From the NCBI GenBank assembly GCA_965644295.1, contig CBFFRP010000287.1:63815-127814 (forward strand): a stretch of DNA of 64,000 nucleotides. Reading direction: 5' to 3'. Under the pieces are notes generated by a model. That model saw only the letters and a list, made by a program, of their open reading frames with translations. It was not told where the DNA came from and did no database searches. The translations under genes were made by a program, and so were the position numbers. Source of the stretch: Paraphysomonas bandaiensis. Taxonomy: Eukaryota; Protista; Chrysophyceae. Position 1 is the stretch's first letter. Each line of letters begins with the position of its first letter. Positions 50,501 to 64,000 of this stretch are shown piece by piece.

Positions 50501-53500
50501 GTTTCAGGCGAGCTTCAAATGCTTCGATTTCTTTTCGTTTGAGTTCCAGCATTTCATTTTGTAGCCGAATAATCTCTTCCTCGTATTGTTTCCGCAGATC
50601 TCCAACACGCTCTTCGGCTTCTTCAAGAGTTCGTTTCGCAGCATCTCTGGCAGCCGCAGCACTTGAGTAAGAGTCTTGTTCTTCACGCGAAAGGTATTCC
50701 TTTTCATCTTTCAGCAGACGTGATCGCAGTTCCTGAGACTCTTTGTCTTCCTTCTCTTTCAGTTCAACTTCGACGGGAGATGATTCAAACTTCGATATAC
50801 TTTCCTGTTCACGAGCTACTGCGTTCACAAATTCATTTTCAATTTCATCATCGAGCTGATTTAGTATATCCTGTTCATCTTCAAATTCTACCGCAACCTG
50901 CGCTTCAACCTCTGACAAAGGTTTGTCACTCCTCGACAAGAGTTCACGCTTTCTTTGTTCTCGTCTTTTCTTCAAACGCTCCTGTGTAGCAGATTTTACG
51001 GCGGCTTTCTTCACTTCAAAAGCAACTTCCAACCCATTAATAGCTTTTTCGTAATCTAATCTGGATTGTAGTACTCTATCTGCAAATTCATCGTTTACTG
51101 CTGCCAATAAATTGTCCTTAACTTTTCGCATTTCTTGATCCAGTGCATTCAAGTCTGCGCTGTCTATCGCACACTCTTCCTCTGCGATAGACTCTGCATC
51201 TTCTTCAGACAAGCCTTTCTCCTCTAACTCTTTCTGTCGTGTGATACGTTTCTGTCTCAATTGCTCGTCTAACTCTTTGCGCTTTCTTCTATTCACAGCT
51301 GCAAGTCCATCTCTCAAGGCTGCAAGAGTATCATCCCTTGTGCGCATAATATTACTTTCATCAAGTGCCGTCTCTTCATCAATTGTTTCTAATGCGGCCT
51401 TCTCCTCAGCAGAAAGCATATCTTCTATCTCTCGCATATCAGCAATTTCTTGAGATGATAGTTCAGCTTCTGCTATCATCTTCGCCTCAGCTTCAGACGT
51501 CCCAGACTCTTGCAATTCCCTCTCGCGTCCTGAACGACGTTTAGCCATTTCGTCAGACTTCTTGCGCTTCAATTCAGCCTTTTTCTCTGATAGTTTTTCA
51601 CGCATTCTGCGCTTCTTTTCTGCATTTCCCTTTCTGCACCGAGACAAATCTCTGTCAGCTTCCTTTACAACCCTATCCATCGTTTCTTCGTCCAATTTTT
51701 CCACAAAATCTTCGATTGCTTCACCCTGATTAATTTCAAATTCTGAGGCGCGTTTCGCAGCAATGGCTTCCGCTTCTTCTGGAGAATAACCTTCAGTAAT
51801 GTAACCTTCTTTGATAACACTGCGCTGTCGACTAGCTTCTTCGGACAAGTAATGCTTTTCTTTCTCGCGAAATTCATCAAGTCCGCCATTTATGCAAGAC
51901 TTAAACAGCTCTAATCTACGAGCAAGTTCAGCCTCCGCATTATCCAATTCCTTGTGAATGCTGTCTCGAAGACTACGCTCTTCATCCTGAAGGAAGTTGT
52001 TCAAATCTCGTTCTTGAGACTGTTCATAAGTCTCAGATTCAGCTTGTGCGACTTGCTTAGCTTGTAGTTGATTCAATCCATCTTCACGCAATTCAGCTTC
52101 ACGTATTTGCCGTCGCATGGCAAGTTTATTTTGCAGATGCTTGTTGGCAGATTCGCGCCTATGCTTCAATTGCTCTTCAAGGCCAACAAGGTTTCGTTCA
52201 TGTTCTGCTCTCTTGGATGCAACTTCCTGGCGTCTCTCCCTTTGAGATTTTATCAAGTCCTCTAACTTCTGGATTCGCAGCAACTCCATTGAATTCTCAA
52301 GGGCTTCCACTTCTTGTTGCTTCCTATTTCTCATTTCACGAATATTGTCTTCAACTTTCTCAAGTGATAACTGATGGGTCAATGCTGATTGGAAAGCGGC
52401 ACACAACTCTGCATGAAACGAAACCGAACACGCAGCTAGCGCACCAGCGGCTTTCTGATCTATGCTGAGTAGTGTGGATTCTAGAAGCCCATCGTTGTCA
52501 CACAAACTCTGCCTGACATTGACACGATCTAATTCATACTTCGTTAAAGTGGCTTCTTGCTCAGAAATATATTTATCCTTGGCATTCTGGACACGTTCAG
52601 AATAGCTATTAAGCACTTTCTTCTTGTCATCAGTGTGTTCTTTAACTTGAGATTCCATCCGTCTAAACTCATCGCCGGTACTCTTCTCAGCTTCCTCCAC
52701 ATCCTGTTTTATAGTTTCGTCAATGCTATCATAGAGTGCAGTTAATTCCTCTGCCGGCCGATTAAGAGATAATAAGCGTTTGCTTTCGAACTCTCGGAAT
52801 GCATGGCCAGAAATAATTATTTTTTGTGTCCGTCGAAGAATTTCAGCACTAAACGATTCACGGTAATAACTCATCTGCTTACAATGGGATGCATCAAATG
52901 CCGTAAAGCTAGCTGCAAGGTTTGGTTCTATTCCCTCAACCATACAAGCGGCATGCTGTTGGGTCAATAGCATTCCCGTAGCAAGCGATGAGTAAGCAGC
53001 ATTCAGCTCGCATTCCTCGCGCTGTATTTCCGCGTCGATTTGAATTTCTGCGTTTTTCACAACATATTCGGGTAAGTTTTTGTTACGATACAATGAGACC
53101 ATAAACTCTTTCTTGGCAAGTAATGATGTGATAACTTCTCCCAGTATACTGCGACGAGATTTCTCAATCATGACAAGAAGCTTAAGTTCTCTTGCTGCAT
53201 TCATTTCGGATGCTAATACCAATTCTCGTTCATAATCTGTAGCTGCACCTTCTTGGCGAGATTTCTCATCTTCAATTTCTTTTTTAAATTGCATGGAAAG
53301 CTTTCGAATCAACAACGAAGTATCCATTTTCTCATTTTCTCGTTGGTCATGAACAAAGCGACTGATTTCGTGCTCGGTAGCTCCTTGTCTATTGAGATCA
53401 CTGAACAATTTCATTTCAGCGGCCTCTGCACGAAGACTGTTTTCGCCTAACTGCAAACGCATGCACCCATCATGGTATGAGTGCAATGCAACAATCATTC

Positions 53501-56500
53501 GATCGTGTAGGTTACTCAATTGGGACGACATATCAACCATAGGCCCCCATGAAGTTGCTAACGAAATAATCTCATCAACCTTTTTACCAACATCTTCCAA
53601 AATTAACTTTTGGGTCGCAATACCTTCTGAAACATACTCCTTACGACACTGTGACTCTATTTCAACAAAGTTCAAAATTTCATTTTGAGTGGTGTCGTCG
53701 AAATGTGATATACGCTTTCGAATGAATTCGGTTGTTACACTGAGTTCGTCATTTAGAAGTTGTGAAGATTCTGTAAACAACGAGTCAAGTTCTGATTTCA
53801 ACAACGAGAAGTCATTCTCTCTCTCCTTTTTGAGAACAGTGACTTCATGTTCGATGTCAACATCGTCCAGGTTGTTTAACCATTTCTCCCGAATAGACCC
53901 CTCAAAATCTTCAACGCGAGTACGTTCCTTTACAATTTCAGAATACAATCTCTCAATATCGGCTGACTCTTCTTCGAAGAGACCTGTCATAAGCTTCTCC
54001 AACGAAACATCTCTATTCTCTACTTGAGTTCGTGATGAATGAAGTCGAAGCATATTCGATTTAGAAGGCGACCGTCCTAAATTTGAAGCAGAAGGAGACC
54101 TGGCCACATCAGGTGATGATGCTGACCTAGTTCGGTTTTCATTGTACAGATATTGTCTAAGTTTATCACATCTACGTTCCTTGAATTTACTGTTCAATGA
54201 GAAAAACTTGATGCGTGCCAGAGCTCCTAAATGACGCATTTTTACGGCGTATCTGGTGCTTGATAGCGTTACCACTTTAGATTCATACACAGAACGTTCA
54301 TCGTCAGAAATTTCGACCGCAGTATTCGACCTCATAAGTGCGTTCAACCGACTGCTACGTTCCAACTCAAGTTTCTTTTCGAGCTCTTCCTTTTCAGTGG
54401 CATGCTTTTCATCTATGGCATTTTCATCTTCACTCTCAGGGATTTCAATGGCAAGGGCACTGGTCAATGCGTCTTTTTGACGCTCTCTCTCCAACTCAAG
54501 AATTTTATTTACAAGTTGAGCGTCGGCATCCACTTCATTAATGAGGTCTCCTTTGAGGTCGTCATTAAAGTTAGCGTGCTGCAAAACATCATCCTCCATT
54601 TTCTCCTGCATTTCAGCAAATTCATCCCTGTATTCATCACCATCTGAAACGTCTTCACCTTCATCGATAAGCGATTTACTCATCCTTCGTTGTTGATTTT
54701 GACCTTCACTAATACTATTTAGCAAGTTAAGCACTTGTTCCATATCTACTGATTGTGACGGTAATGACGACAAGAACTCATCTATTGCGGCTATCAACTC
54801 TTTCCTAGCATTATCAGCAAACTCACGGGTATTCTTGACGCCATCCATGCGCTCGTTAACTTTGAGCATTAACGCCATCAGAGCATTGCGCAAATCATCA
54901 AGGTAACCAGCAAATACATCAACAGCATCTGATCGCTTGTTATCGGCATCCACTGGATTTCCTATCTCCAATGCTTTCATTATTTCCTGCCCCAAAGTAT
55001 TCTCATTCACAACAAGAACACTAACTAGCTTTGGTGATCGTTGAGAAAAAGCCTTAAATGCATCTTCGAGGCTGAGTGTAGCATTGTCAGTATTAGCATC
55101 AGCAGTGACACATTGATCGATTCCAGACAAAATATTTTGAGGAAGTTCGACATTGCTCTCTTTCAAGGTGTGTTCAAATGTTATTTTTGCACTTTTGTAT
55201 CGGCGATCTTCGTCACTTATGGCAAGGCAGAGTGACGAATCAATAAAATCCTTCACGTTTTCCAGCTCTTGAATAATTTCATGCAGCAAGGGCGACTCCG
55301 ACTGTTTATCTAAGGCTTGATGATTGTAATGCTCAGTAGTTTCCTCAGATATCTGGTCAGATATACTGCGCGCAATACTGTCAGGCCCTTCATCAAGCAA
55401 CTGTTGCAATCGCCCAAGTGTTTGCACAATTCGAGTTTCAGTTGAATGGATAGATACTTCATACATACCGCGATTTGATAAATCAACCTTCAACCGGGAC
55501 AGCAATGCAATAAGCTTCTTTGTCTGAGTCGTAGGATTCGCCCCACCCATATCAACAGTAACTTTAGCAAGCAGGTTCTTCAATTCTTCCACTTCTTGCT
55601 TCAATGAACCTTGCAATCCATTCAGCATATCATTTTGAATATGAATCTGGCGATCCATCTCGTCGTGGTGTGACTGCATGTGCTTCGCAAGCTCAGGTAA
55701 AAGCATCTCGTCATCAAACTCAATTTCAGCAGCTTCTCTAGCGGCAGCTGCCGCTTCTAAATCGTCTACTTGGTTTGCTTCATCATTTTCGGCGGAAGGT
55801 ATGACTTTACTAGCTTTGGGCGACTTCTTCGAAAAGAATCCACCTTTCGATGACTTTACTTCTCCTTTTTTGTTTCTACTGCGAGCTTTGCTGTCAATAT
55901 CAAAATGTGAAGACCACGCTTTCTTTCTGAAGTAGTACATGAAGCTAATTAATACAAGAACAAGCCCAAGCATACCCAAGAGCAAACCAAGGACCAAATC
56001 CCAATCAGGAGATAAAACGATGTTGTCATTCGATGTCACTCCAACGGTGATCAAATTGCTTTCAGTGAACTCCACAAAATATGACTCTGTAGAACAATTC
56101 ACATTACTTGGCATAACCGTAACAATGATCAGATTACTGGGTGTTGATGACATCCGGAACACATATGTTCCAGCAATGGAAAATGTTACAGAGAAAGACG
56201 AAATTACGAGTGAACTTGAAGCAGCGGATACTAAATCACGGAATGATCCGTAATCGAAATTTTCATTTGTATTGAGCAGGGAGTCCTTAACATATTCCGG
56301 GTAGTCAGTGTTCGAAATGTCAAACACAATAGAATCACCCAACTTGAGACAAACAAGGGGGTTGGGAATAGTCACAGATGAATTCGATGAATTGGAGCTC
56401 TGCAAGTGCCTACGATAGTCAGGCTTCTCAACTAGATACAATGTCTCAAACTGAGATACGTTTTCCTGCTCGACCCGGAATCGAAGATCGGTGTTGAGTG

Positions 56501-59500
56501 TAGCATATATGTCGTTTGTAGCACCCAGTCTACGTCTCCTCCTAGACAATTCAGTAGACAATGTCTCGCCCAAACCGAAAGACCCACTGAATGATCCACC
56601 ACTTGTTGACATTGAGTAAATATTACTGTCAGGAATAGAACAATCAATTGAACCTTCAGAAACGATACCCGACAAGTCCAGAGTGTCAGTTTCTCCACTC
56701 ACAGGATCGGTAATGACCACATTACCATCCGAATCGCATGTTGCTTTGATGACATTTTCTCTGCAATCATTATCACAAATCTCATCCAAAGTAGGAAGTC
56801 CATTGCACTCGCAAGTTCCAGTGGACTCGATAAAGGTACCGCCCACAGATCCACATTGTTCATTACAGTAGTCTTCACTGTTAACGCATTCACCGGTAGA
56901 TGACCTCCTCTGTCCATCCCTGCAGCGACTGTATACAATAGGCTGACAATCGTACTCCCCATCTTCCTCTGATGAGACCACTAAGTTCGAGTCCACAAAC
57001 TCGTAACCTGGGCGACAAACACACCATCCGTCGGTGGGCTGGAAAATTCTATTCTGTCCTTTACATGTACAAAGAGTAGAGCCTACAACGGATGTACTGC
57101 TTGATGAGCATTTATAACACGAATCTTGTCCTTCTTCATTCTGATAGAATCCCGCAGCACACTTGGTGCATGCTGTTTCATTTGACTCCCCAAAATTCGG
57201 TTGATATGTTCCCACTGGACACAAGCTTTCTACATGTGACCCGGCAGGGCAGTACGCACCTTTAGGGCATATATAACCATTTTCTTCATCGGAATTCGGC
57301 GTTGCAGATGTAGTTGCTCCCTCGCATACATATCCGGGGGGGCAAGTCGAGCATGTTAAACGCGACTCATCAGTACCATACTCCCCAGGTGGACAAGCCT
57401 CACATGCAGTTTCTTCTGATGATAACACCTCAAATGTGAAGTTACTTTCATCAACTGCTTTGTATCCCAGCGCACACATATATGGATAGGCGGTGCCATT
57501 CGGACAGTATGTTCCTCTGAAGCAAGGAACTGGGTCTGTAGTCTGTTGAGGACAATAATAGTTTTCTGGACACGTGCGGGGGTACGTAGACTTCGCGGGA
57601 CAGAAATAGCCAGGTGGGCACACAGTTGTGTTCACAGATCCAGCAGGGCAGTACACTCCATTTGGACACGAGAAATAAACGTTCGTTTCCCTAGGACAAT
57701 AATGACCACCAGGACATTCATAGCACTCTTCTAAACTTCCTGCCCCCACTTGGTCCCTGTAACTTCCAGATGGACAAGGTAAAGGTGTTGTGCTACCATT
57801 CAAACAAAAGTGACCCACCGGACACGGCCACTCATTGGGATTCGATATACCTGTAGCATTACAAAACGCCCCAGCAGGACATATCAAGCAATCATCAAAG
57901 CCTGACTGAGATTGAGATGGATTATATCGGCCCTCTGGGCAAGCTATTCTGCTCTCACCAAGAGGACAGTAGTATCCAGGTTCACATGGCTCCGGAACAG
58001 GGTCGCCATCATAGCAGACGTATCCGGCTGGGCAAGGACCACAGTCGTCAGGGCTAGCTCCGAACATTTCCAATCGAACAGTTGTGTTCTCACAAGGAAA
58101 AGGATCTGATGTTCCGCTGTAACAGTAGTGGCCAGGTGGGCATTGTCCTCCATCTTGTGCAGTTAAGAACTCAAGTATAGACGCTGGGTCCTCGTCATAA
58201 GCTGCAGTGTCGTGCAGCGGAGTAGGAGTACCCTGTCCGCTACGACAGAAATATCCTGCCGAACACTCCCCTGTAATCGTTCCATCAACACAGTAGTATC
58301 CTGCTGGACAGGATGCGCATTCATCAGCACTTGTCAGATTTACAGCTGCTCCATATGTCCCGTTTGGACAAAGAGTGGGTACACCAGAACCTTCGGGACA
58401 ATAATTTCGCAGTGGGCAATCTGCAGGGAACGTCGAATTTCCAGGACAAAGTGTGCCAGCTGGGCACAGTGGACATGTTTCAACTCCAGTGGTGGGATTG
58501 TAAGTTCCGGCAGGACACCCTTCTGGCTCTGCAGAGCCTCGTGGACATTGCGTTGATGAAGGACAAGAATACCCTCCATTACCATCGATGGGATAAGGTG
58601 TGGAGGCACCGCCAGTACAAGCCTGCGAAAAATGTCATGCGCATGAAAAAAAGAACGAACAACCTACATGTCCTCCTCCACAGAGCCCACCGGACACACC
58701 ATCCGTAGGTACTGGCGTGTTAGCTCCGTAAGAACAATAGTGACCCGGACTACATAATCCTTCAGGTTCTACTAAACCAGTGCTCGCACAAAACCAACCC
58801 GGGGTACACTGTATATACAATCACACATATAACAAACTATTTATCTTAGTACTTACATTGGAGCATTCGCTTGGGTACTTCAAGCCATATAAATCGCTGA
58901 ATGTACCGACAGGACAGGGGAAATCGGTGAAGTTAGAAAGTCCTGGAGGACAGTAATAACCAGGTTCACAAGGTAACGCAGCCCGCATAGCGAAATGAGG
59001 GCAATATGAACCAGTAGGACATACATCACAAGAATACTGTCCAGACATATTCTGCAATGAACCTGGAGAACAGGGGAACTCAGTTGCATACTCTGTCATC
59101 GATGGACAGTAGTAACCCGGTGGACACTCAACTGGAGTTGTCGTATTCACCTCACAATAATATCCAGCAGGACATGACTTACACGTGTCATTACCCCTCT
59201 CATCCTGATATGTTCCCGCCACACATGGTATCGGATAGTCTGATCCAACAGGACAGTAATGACCCGTAGGACACACCAAATCATCGAAATCTGTAGGATT
59301 CGAAGTACCACTCGGACAATAATATCCAGCCAAGCATTGTCGTGTAGCCAAAACAGTTCCATTCAGAGGACAATAGTAACCCTTCACACAAGCCTGACAC
59401 TCCCCAACTGATGTCAAACCCAGTGATGATGTATTCGTACCAGGAGGACACTGGACTGGAGATGGTGAACCCTCCGGACAGTAGTGACCAGGAGGACATA

Positions 59501-62500
59501 TATCATTCGTAGAATTCGCATCCACCTCCACACAAGTCTCTCCAGAGTAGCTCACATGGAAACCATCACTATCATGTGGACTGGATACGGCTGAACCACC
59601 TCCACAATAATAACCAGAACTGCATGGAGCCGATGGCTCCAACAATGCCACTGCACCACAATACATACCAGGAGTACACTCCTGACAATCCCACACCGAA
59701 CCCAGACTCGATGCATTGCTATACGTACCATTAGGACAGGGGAACTCAGTTGCATACTCTGTCATCGATGGACAGTAGTAACCCGGTGGACACTCAACTG
59801 GAGTTGTCGTATTCACCTCACAATAATATCCAGCAGGACATGACTTACACGTGTCATTACCCCTCTCATCCTGATATGTTCCCGCCACACATGGTATCGG
59901 ATAGTCTGATCCAACAGGACAGTAATGACCCGTAGGACACACCAAATCATCGAAATCTGTAGGATTCGAAGTACCACTCGGACAATAATATCCAGCCAAG
60001 CATTGTCGTGTAGCCAAAACAGTTCCATTCAGAGGACAATAGTAACCCTTCACACAAGCCTGACACTCCCCAACTGATGTCAAACCCAGTGATGATGTAT
60101 TCGTACCAGGAGGACACTGGACTGGAGATGGTGAACCCTCCGGACAGTAGTGACCAGGAGGACATATATCATTCGTAGAATTCGCATCCACCTCCACACA
60201 AGTCTCTCCAGAGTAGCTCACATGGAAACCATCACTATCATGTGGACTGGATACGGCTGAACCACCTCCACAATAATAACCAGAACTGCATGGAGCCGAT
60301 GGCTCCAACAATGCCACTGCACCACAATACATACCAGGAGTACACTCCTGACAATCCCACACCGAACCCAGACTCGATGCATTGCTATACGTACCATTAG
60401 GACAGGGGAACTCAGTTGCATACTCTGTCATCGATGGACAGTAGTAACCCGGTGGACACTCAACTGGAGTTGTCGTATTCACCTCACAATAATATCCAGC
60501 AGGACATGACTTACACGTGTCATTACCCCTCTCATCCTGATATGTTCCCGCCACACATGGTATCGGATAGTCTGATCCAACAGGACAGTAATGACCCGTA
60601 GGACACACCAAATCATCGAAATCTGTAGGATTCGAAGTACCACTCGGACAATAATATCCAGCCAAGCATTGTCGTGTAGCCAAAACAGTTCCATTCAGAG
60701 GACAATAGTAACCCTTCACACAAGCCTGACACTCCCCAACTGATGTCAAACCCAGTGATGATGTATTCGTACCAGGAGGACACTGGACTGGAGATGGTGA
60801 ACCCTCCGGACAGTAGTGACCAGGAGGACATATATCATTCGTAGAATTCGCATCCACCTCCACACAAGTCTCTCCAGAGTAGCTCACATGGAAACCATCA
60901 CTATCATGTGGACTGGATACGGCTGAACCACCTCCACAATAATAACCAGAACTGCATGGAGCCGATGGCTCCAACAATGCCACTGCACCACAATACATAC
61001 CAGGAGTACACTCCTGACAATCCCACACCGAACCCAGACTCGATGCATTGCTATACGTACCATTAGGACAGGGGAACTCAGTTGCATACTCTGTCATCGA
61101 TGGACAGTAGTAACCCGGTGGACACTCAACTGGAGTTGTCGTATTCACCTCACAATAATATCCAGCAGGACATGACTTACACGTGTCATTACCCCTCTCA
61201 TCCTGATATGTTCCCGCCACACATGGTATCGGATAGTCTGATCCAACAGGACAGTAATGACCCGTAGGACACACCAAATCATCGAAATCTGTAGGATTCG
61301 AAGTACCACTCGGACAATAATATCCAGCCAAGCATTGTCGTGTAGCCAAAACAGTTCCATTCAGAGGACAATAGTAACCCTTCACACAAGCCTGACACTC
61401 CCCAACTGATGTCAAACCCAGTGATGATGTATTCGTACCAGGAGGACACTGGACTGGAGATGGTGAACCCTCCGGACAGTAGTGACCAGGAGGACATATA
61501 TCATTTGTAGAATTCGCATCCACCTCCACACAAGTCTCTCCAGAGTAGCTCACATGGAAACCATCACTATCATGTGGACTGGATACGGCTGAACCACCTC
61601 CACAATAATAACCAGAACTGCATGGAGCCGATGGCTCCAACAATGCCACTGCACCACAATACATACCAGGAGTACACTCCTGACAATCCCACACCGAACC
61701 CAGACTCGATGCATTGCTATACGTACCATTAGGACAGGGGAACTCAGTTGCATACTCTGTCATCGATGGACAGTAGTAACCCGGTGGACACTCAACTGGA
61801 GTTGTCGTATTCACCTCACAATAATATCCAGCAGGACATGACTTACACGTGTCATTACCCCTCTCATCCTGATATGTTCCCGCCACACATGGTATCGGAT
61901 AGTCTGATCCAACAGGACAGTAATGACCCGTAGGACACACCAAATCATCGAAATCTGTAGGATTCGAAGTACCACTCGGACAATAATATCCAGCCAAGCA
62001 TTGTCGTGTAGCCAAAACAGTTCCATTCAGAGGACAATAGTAACCCTTCACACAAGCCTGACACTCCCCAACTGATGTCAAACCCAGTGATGATGTATTC
62101 GTACCAGGAGGACACTGGACTGGAGATGGTGAACCCTCCGGACAGTAGTGACCAGGAGGACATATATCATTTGTAGAATTCGCATCCACCTCCACACAAG
62201 TCTCTCCAGAGTAGCTCACATGGAAACCATCACTATCATGTGGACTGGATACGGCTGAACCACCTCCACAATAATAACCAGAACTGCATGGAGCCGATGG
62301 CTCCAACAATGCCACTGCACCACAATACATACCAGGAGTACACTCCTGACAATCCCACACTGAACCCAGACTCGATGCATTGCTATACGTACCATTAGGA
62401 CAGGGGAACTCAGTTGCATACTCTGTCATCGATGGACAGTAGTAACCCGGTGGACACTCAACTGGAGTTGTCGTATTCACCTCACAATAATATCCAGCAG

Positions 62501-64000
62501 GACATGACTTACACGTGTCATTACCCCTCTCATCCTGATATGTTCCCGCCACACATGGTATCGGATAGTCTGATCCAACAGGACAGTAATGACCCGTAGG
62601 ACACACCAAATCATCGAAATCTGTAGGATTCTGAGAAGTACCACTCGGACAATAATATCCAGCCAAGCATTGTCGTGTAGCCAAAACAGTTCCATTCAGA
62701 GGACAATAGTAACCCTTCACACAAGCCTGACACTCCCCAACTGATGTCAAACCCAGTGATGATGTATTCGTACCAGGAGGACACTGGACTGGAGATGGTG
62801 AACCCTCCGGACAGTAGTGACCAGGAGGACATATATCATTCGTAGAATTCAGCATCCACCTCCACACAAGTCTCTCCAGGGATAGTCTGATCCAACAGGA
62901 CAGTAATGACCCGTAGGACACACCAAATCATCGAAATCTGTAGGATTCGAAGTACCACTCGGACAATAATATCCAGCCAAGCATTGTCGTGTAGCCAAAA
63001 CAGTTCCATTCAGAGGACAATAGTAACCCTTCACACAAGCCTGACACTCCCCAACTGATGTCAAACCCAGTGATGATGTATTCGTACCAGGAGGACACTG
63101 GACTGGAGATGGTGAACCCTCCGGACAGTAGTGACCAGGAGGACATATATCATTTGTAGAATTCGCATCCACCTCCACACAAGTCTCTCCAGAGTAGCTC
63201 ACATGGAAACCATCACTATCATGTGGACTGGATACGGCTGAACCACCTCCACAATAATAACCAGAACTGCATGGAGCCGATGGCTCCAACAATGCCACTG
63301 CACCACAATACATACCAGGAGTACACTCCTGACAATCCCACACTGAACCCAGACTCGATGCATTGCTATACGTACCATTAGGACAGGGGAACTCAGTTGC
63401 ATACTCTGTCATCGATGGACAGTAGTAACCCGGTGGACACTCAACTGGAGTTGTCGTATTCACCTCACAATAATATCCAGCAGGACATGACTTACACGTG
63501 TCATTACCCCTCTCATCCTGATATGTTCCCGCCACACATGGTATCGGATAGTCTGATCCAACAGGACAGTAATGACCCGTAGGACACACCAAATCATCGA
63601 AATCTGTAGGATTCGAAGTACCACTCGGACAATAATATCCAGCCAAGCATTGTCGTGTAGCCAAAACAGTTCCATTCAGAGGACAATAGTAACCCTTCAC
63701 ACAAGCCTGACACTCCCCAACTGATGTCAAACCCAGTGATGATGTATTCGTACCAGGAGGACACTGGACTGGAGATGGTGAACCCTCCGGACAGTAGTGA
63801 CCAGGAGGACATATATCATTCGTAGAATTCGCATCCACCTCCACACAAGTCTCTCCAGAGTAGCTCACATGGAAACCATCACTATCATGTGGACTGGATA
63901 CGGCTGAACCACCTCCACAATAATAACCAGAACTGCATGGAGCCGATGGCTCCAACAATGCCACTGCACCACAATACATACCAGGAGTACACTCCTGACA
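47583..64000 (-). CDS. Giant single-pass membrane protein: GCC2/GCC3 (ephrin-receptor-like) Cys-rich repeats, TM helix, very long cytoplasmic coiled coil; 5' end outside the window
   Basis: CP.G.YCP repeats from 64000 to ~57000, RRRRR furin-like site, TM LVLGLLLGMLGLVLVLISFMYYF (~55930-56000), E/K/R-rich coiled coil. Introns near 47970-48020, ~58625-58667 and ~58810-58856. The frame is broken at ~62850-62880. Confidence 0.85.
59068..64000. repeat. Near-perfect coding tandem array, 666-bp (222-aa) unit, about 7.5 units visible
   Basis: Identical shadow ORFs recur at 666-bp spacing (59281, 59947, 60613, 61279, 61945). Confidence 0.97.

Noticed and set aside
49114-56871. Numerous + strand Ser/Phe-rich ORFs
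   Set aside because: Antisense shadows of the Glu/Lys/Arg-rich coiled-coil gene.
59068-64000. Tandem array as a CRISPR or satellite; the many 61-73 aa ORFs in it as genes
   Set aside because: No unique spacers; the unit is a multiple of 3 and encodes Cys-rich repeats, and the small ORFs are alternative-frame shadows.

Overview
Eukaryotic, AT-rich, gene-dense DNA with short GT-AG introns. The gene content and style suggest a flagellated stramenopile (chrysophyte-like), which is inference only. About 14 protein genes are supported: a C2orf81-like protein, an unknown 359-aa protein, CMC1, a GT-A glycosyltransferase, MYB3R, an ENOD93/HIG1-like membrane protein, a truncated RBM22/Slt11, an RRM/coiled-coil/RING protein, eEFSec, a dcd1-like Ntn hydrolase, mitoribosomal bL27, ArfGAP, a four-domain RNA repair enzyme and an SLC12 transporter. 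The window also holds the 3' 16 kb of a giant Cys-rich receptor-like gene with 666-bp tandem units, three tRNA-Ile(AAT) genes, four decayed hAT transposons and a foldback element. The main find is an unannotated ~300-430 bp non-coding dispersed repeat (8 copies or fragments) with variable 10-14 bp target-site duplications and an (ACT)n tail. Its first ~90 nt can be folded by eye as an HDV-like self-cleaving ribozyme resembling the 5' signature of trypanosomatid L1Tc/ingi/SIDER retroposons, making it a candidate ribozyme-headed non-autonomous retroposon family. Also notable are the intronless 2H-phosphoesterase + Cys-phosphatase + P-loop kinase + RNA ligase fusion and an eEFSec with an apparently duplicated domain 4.
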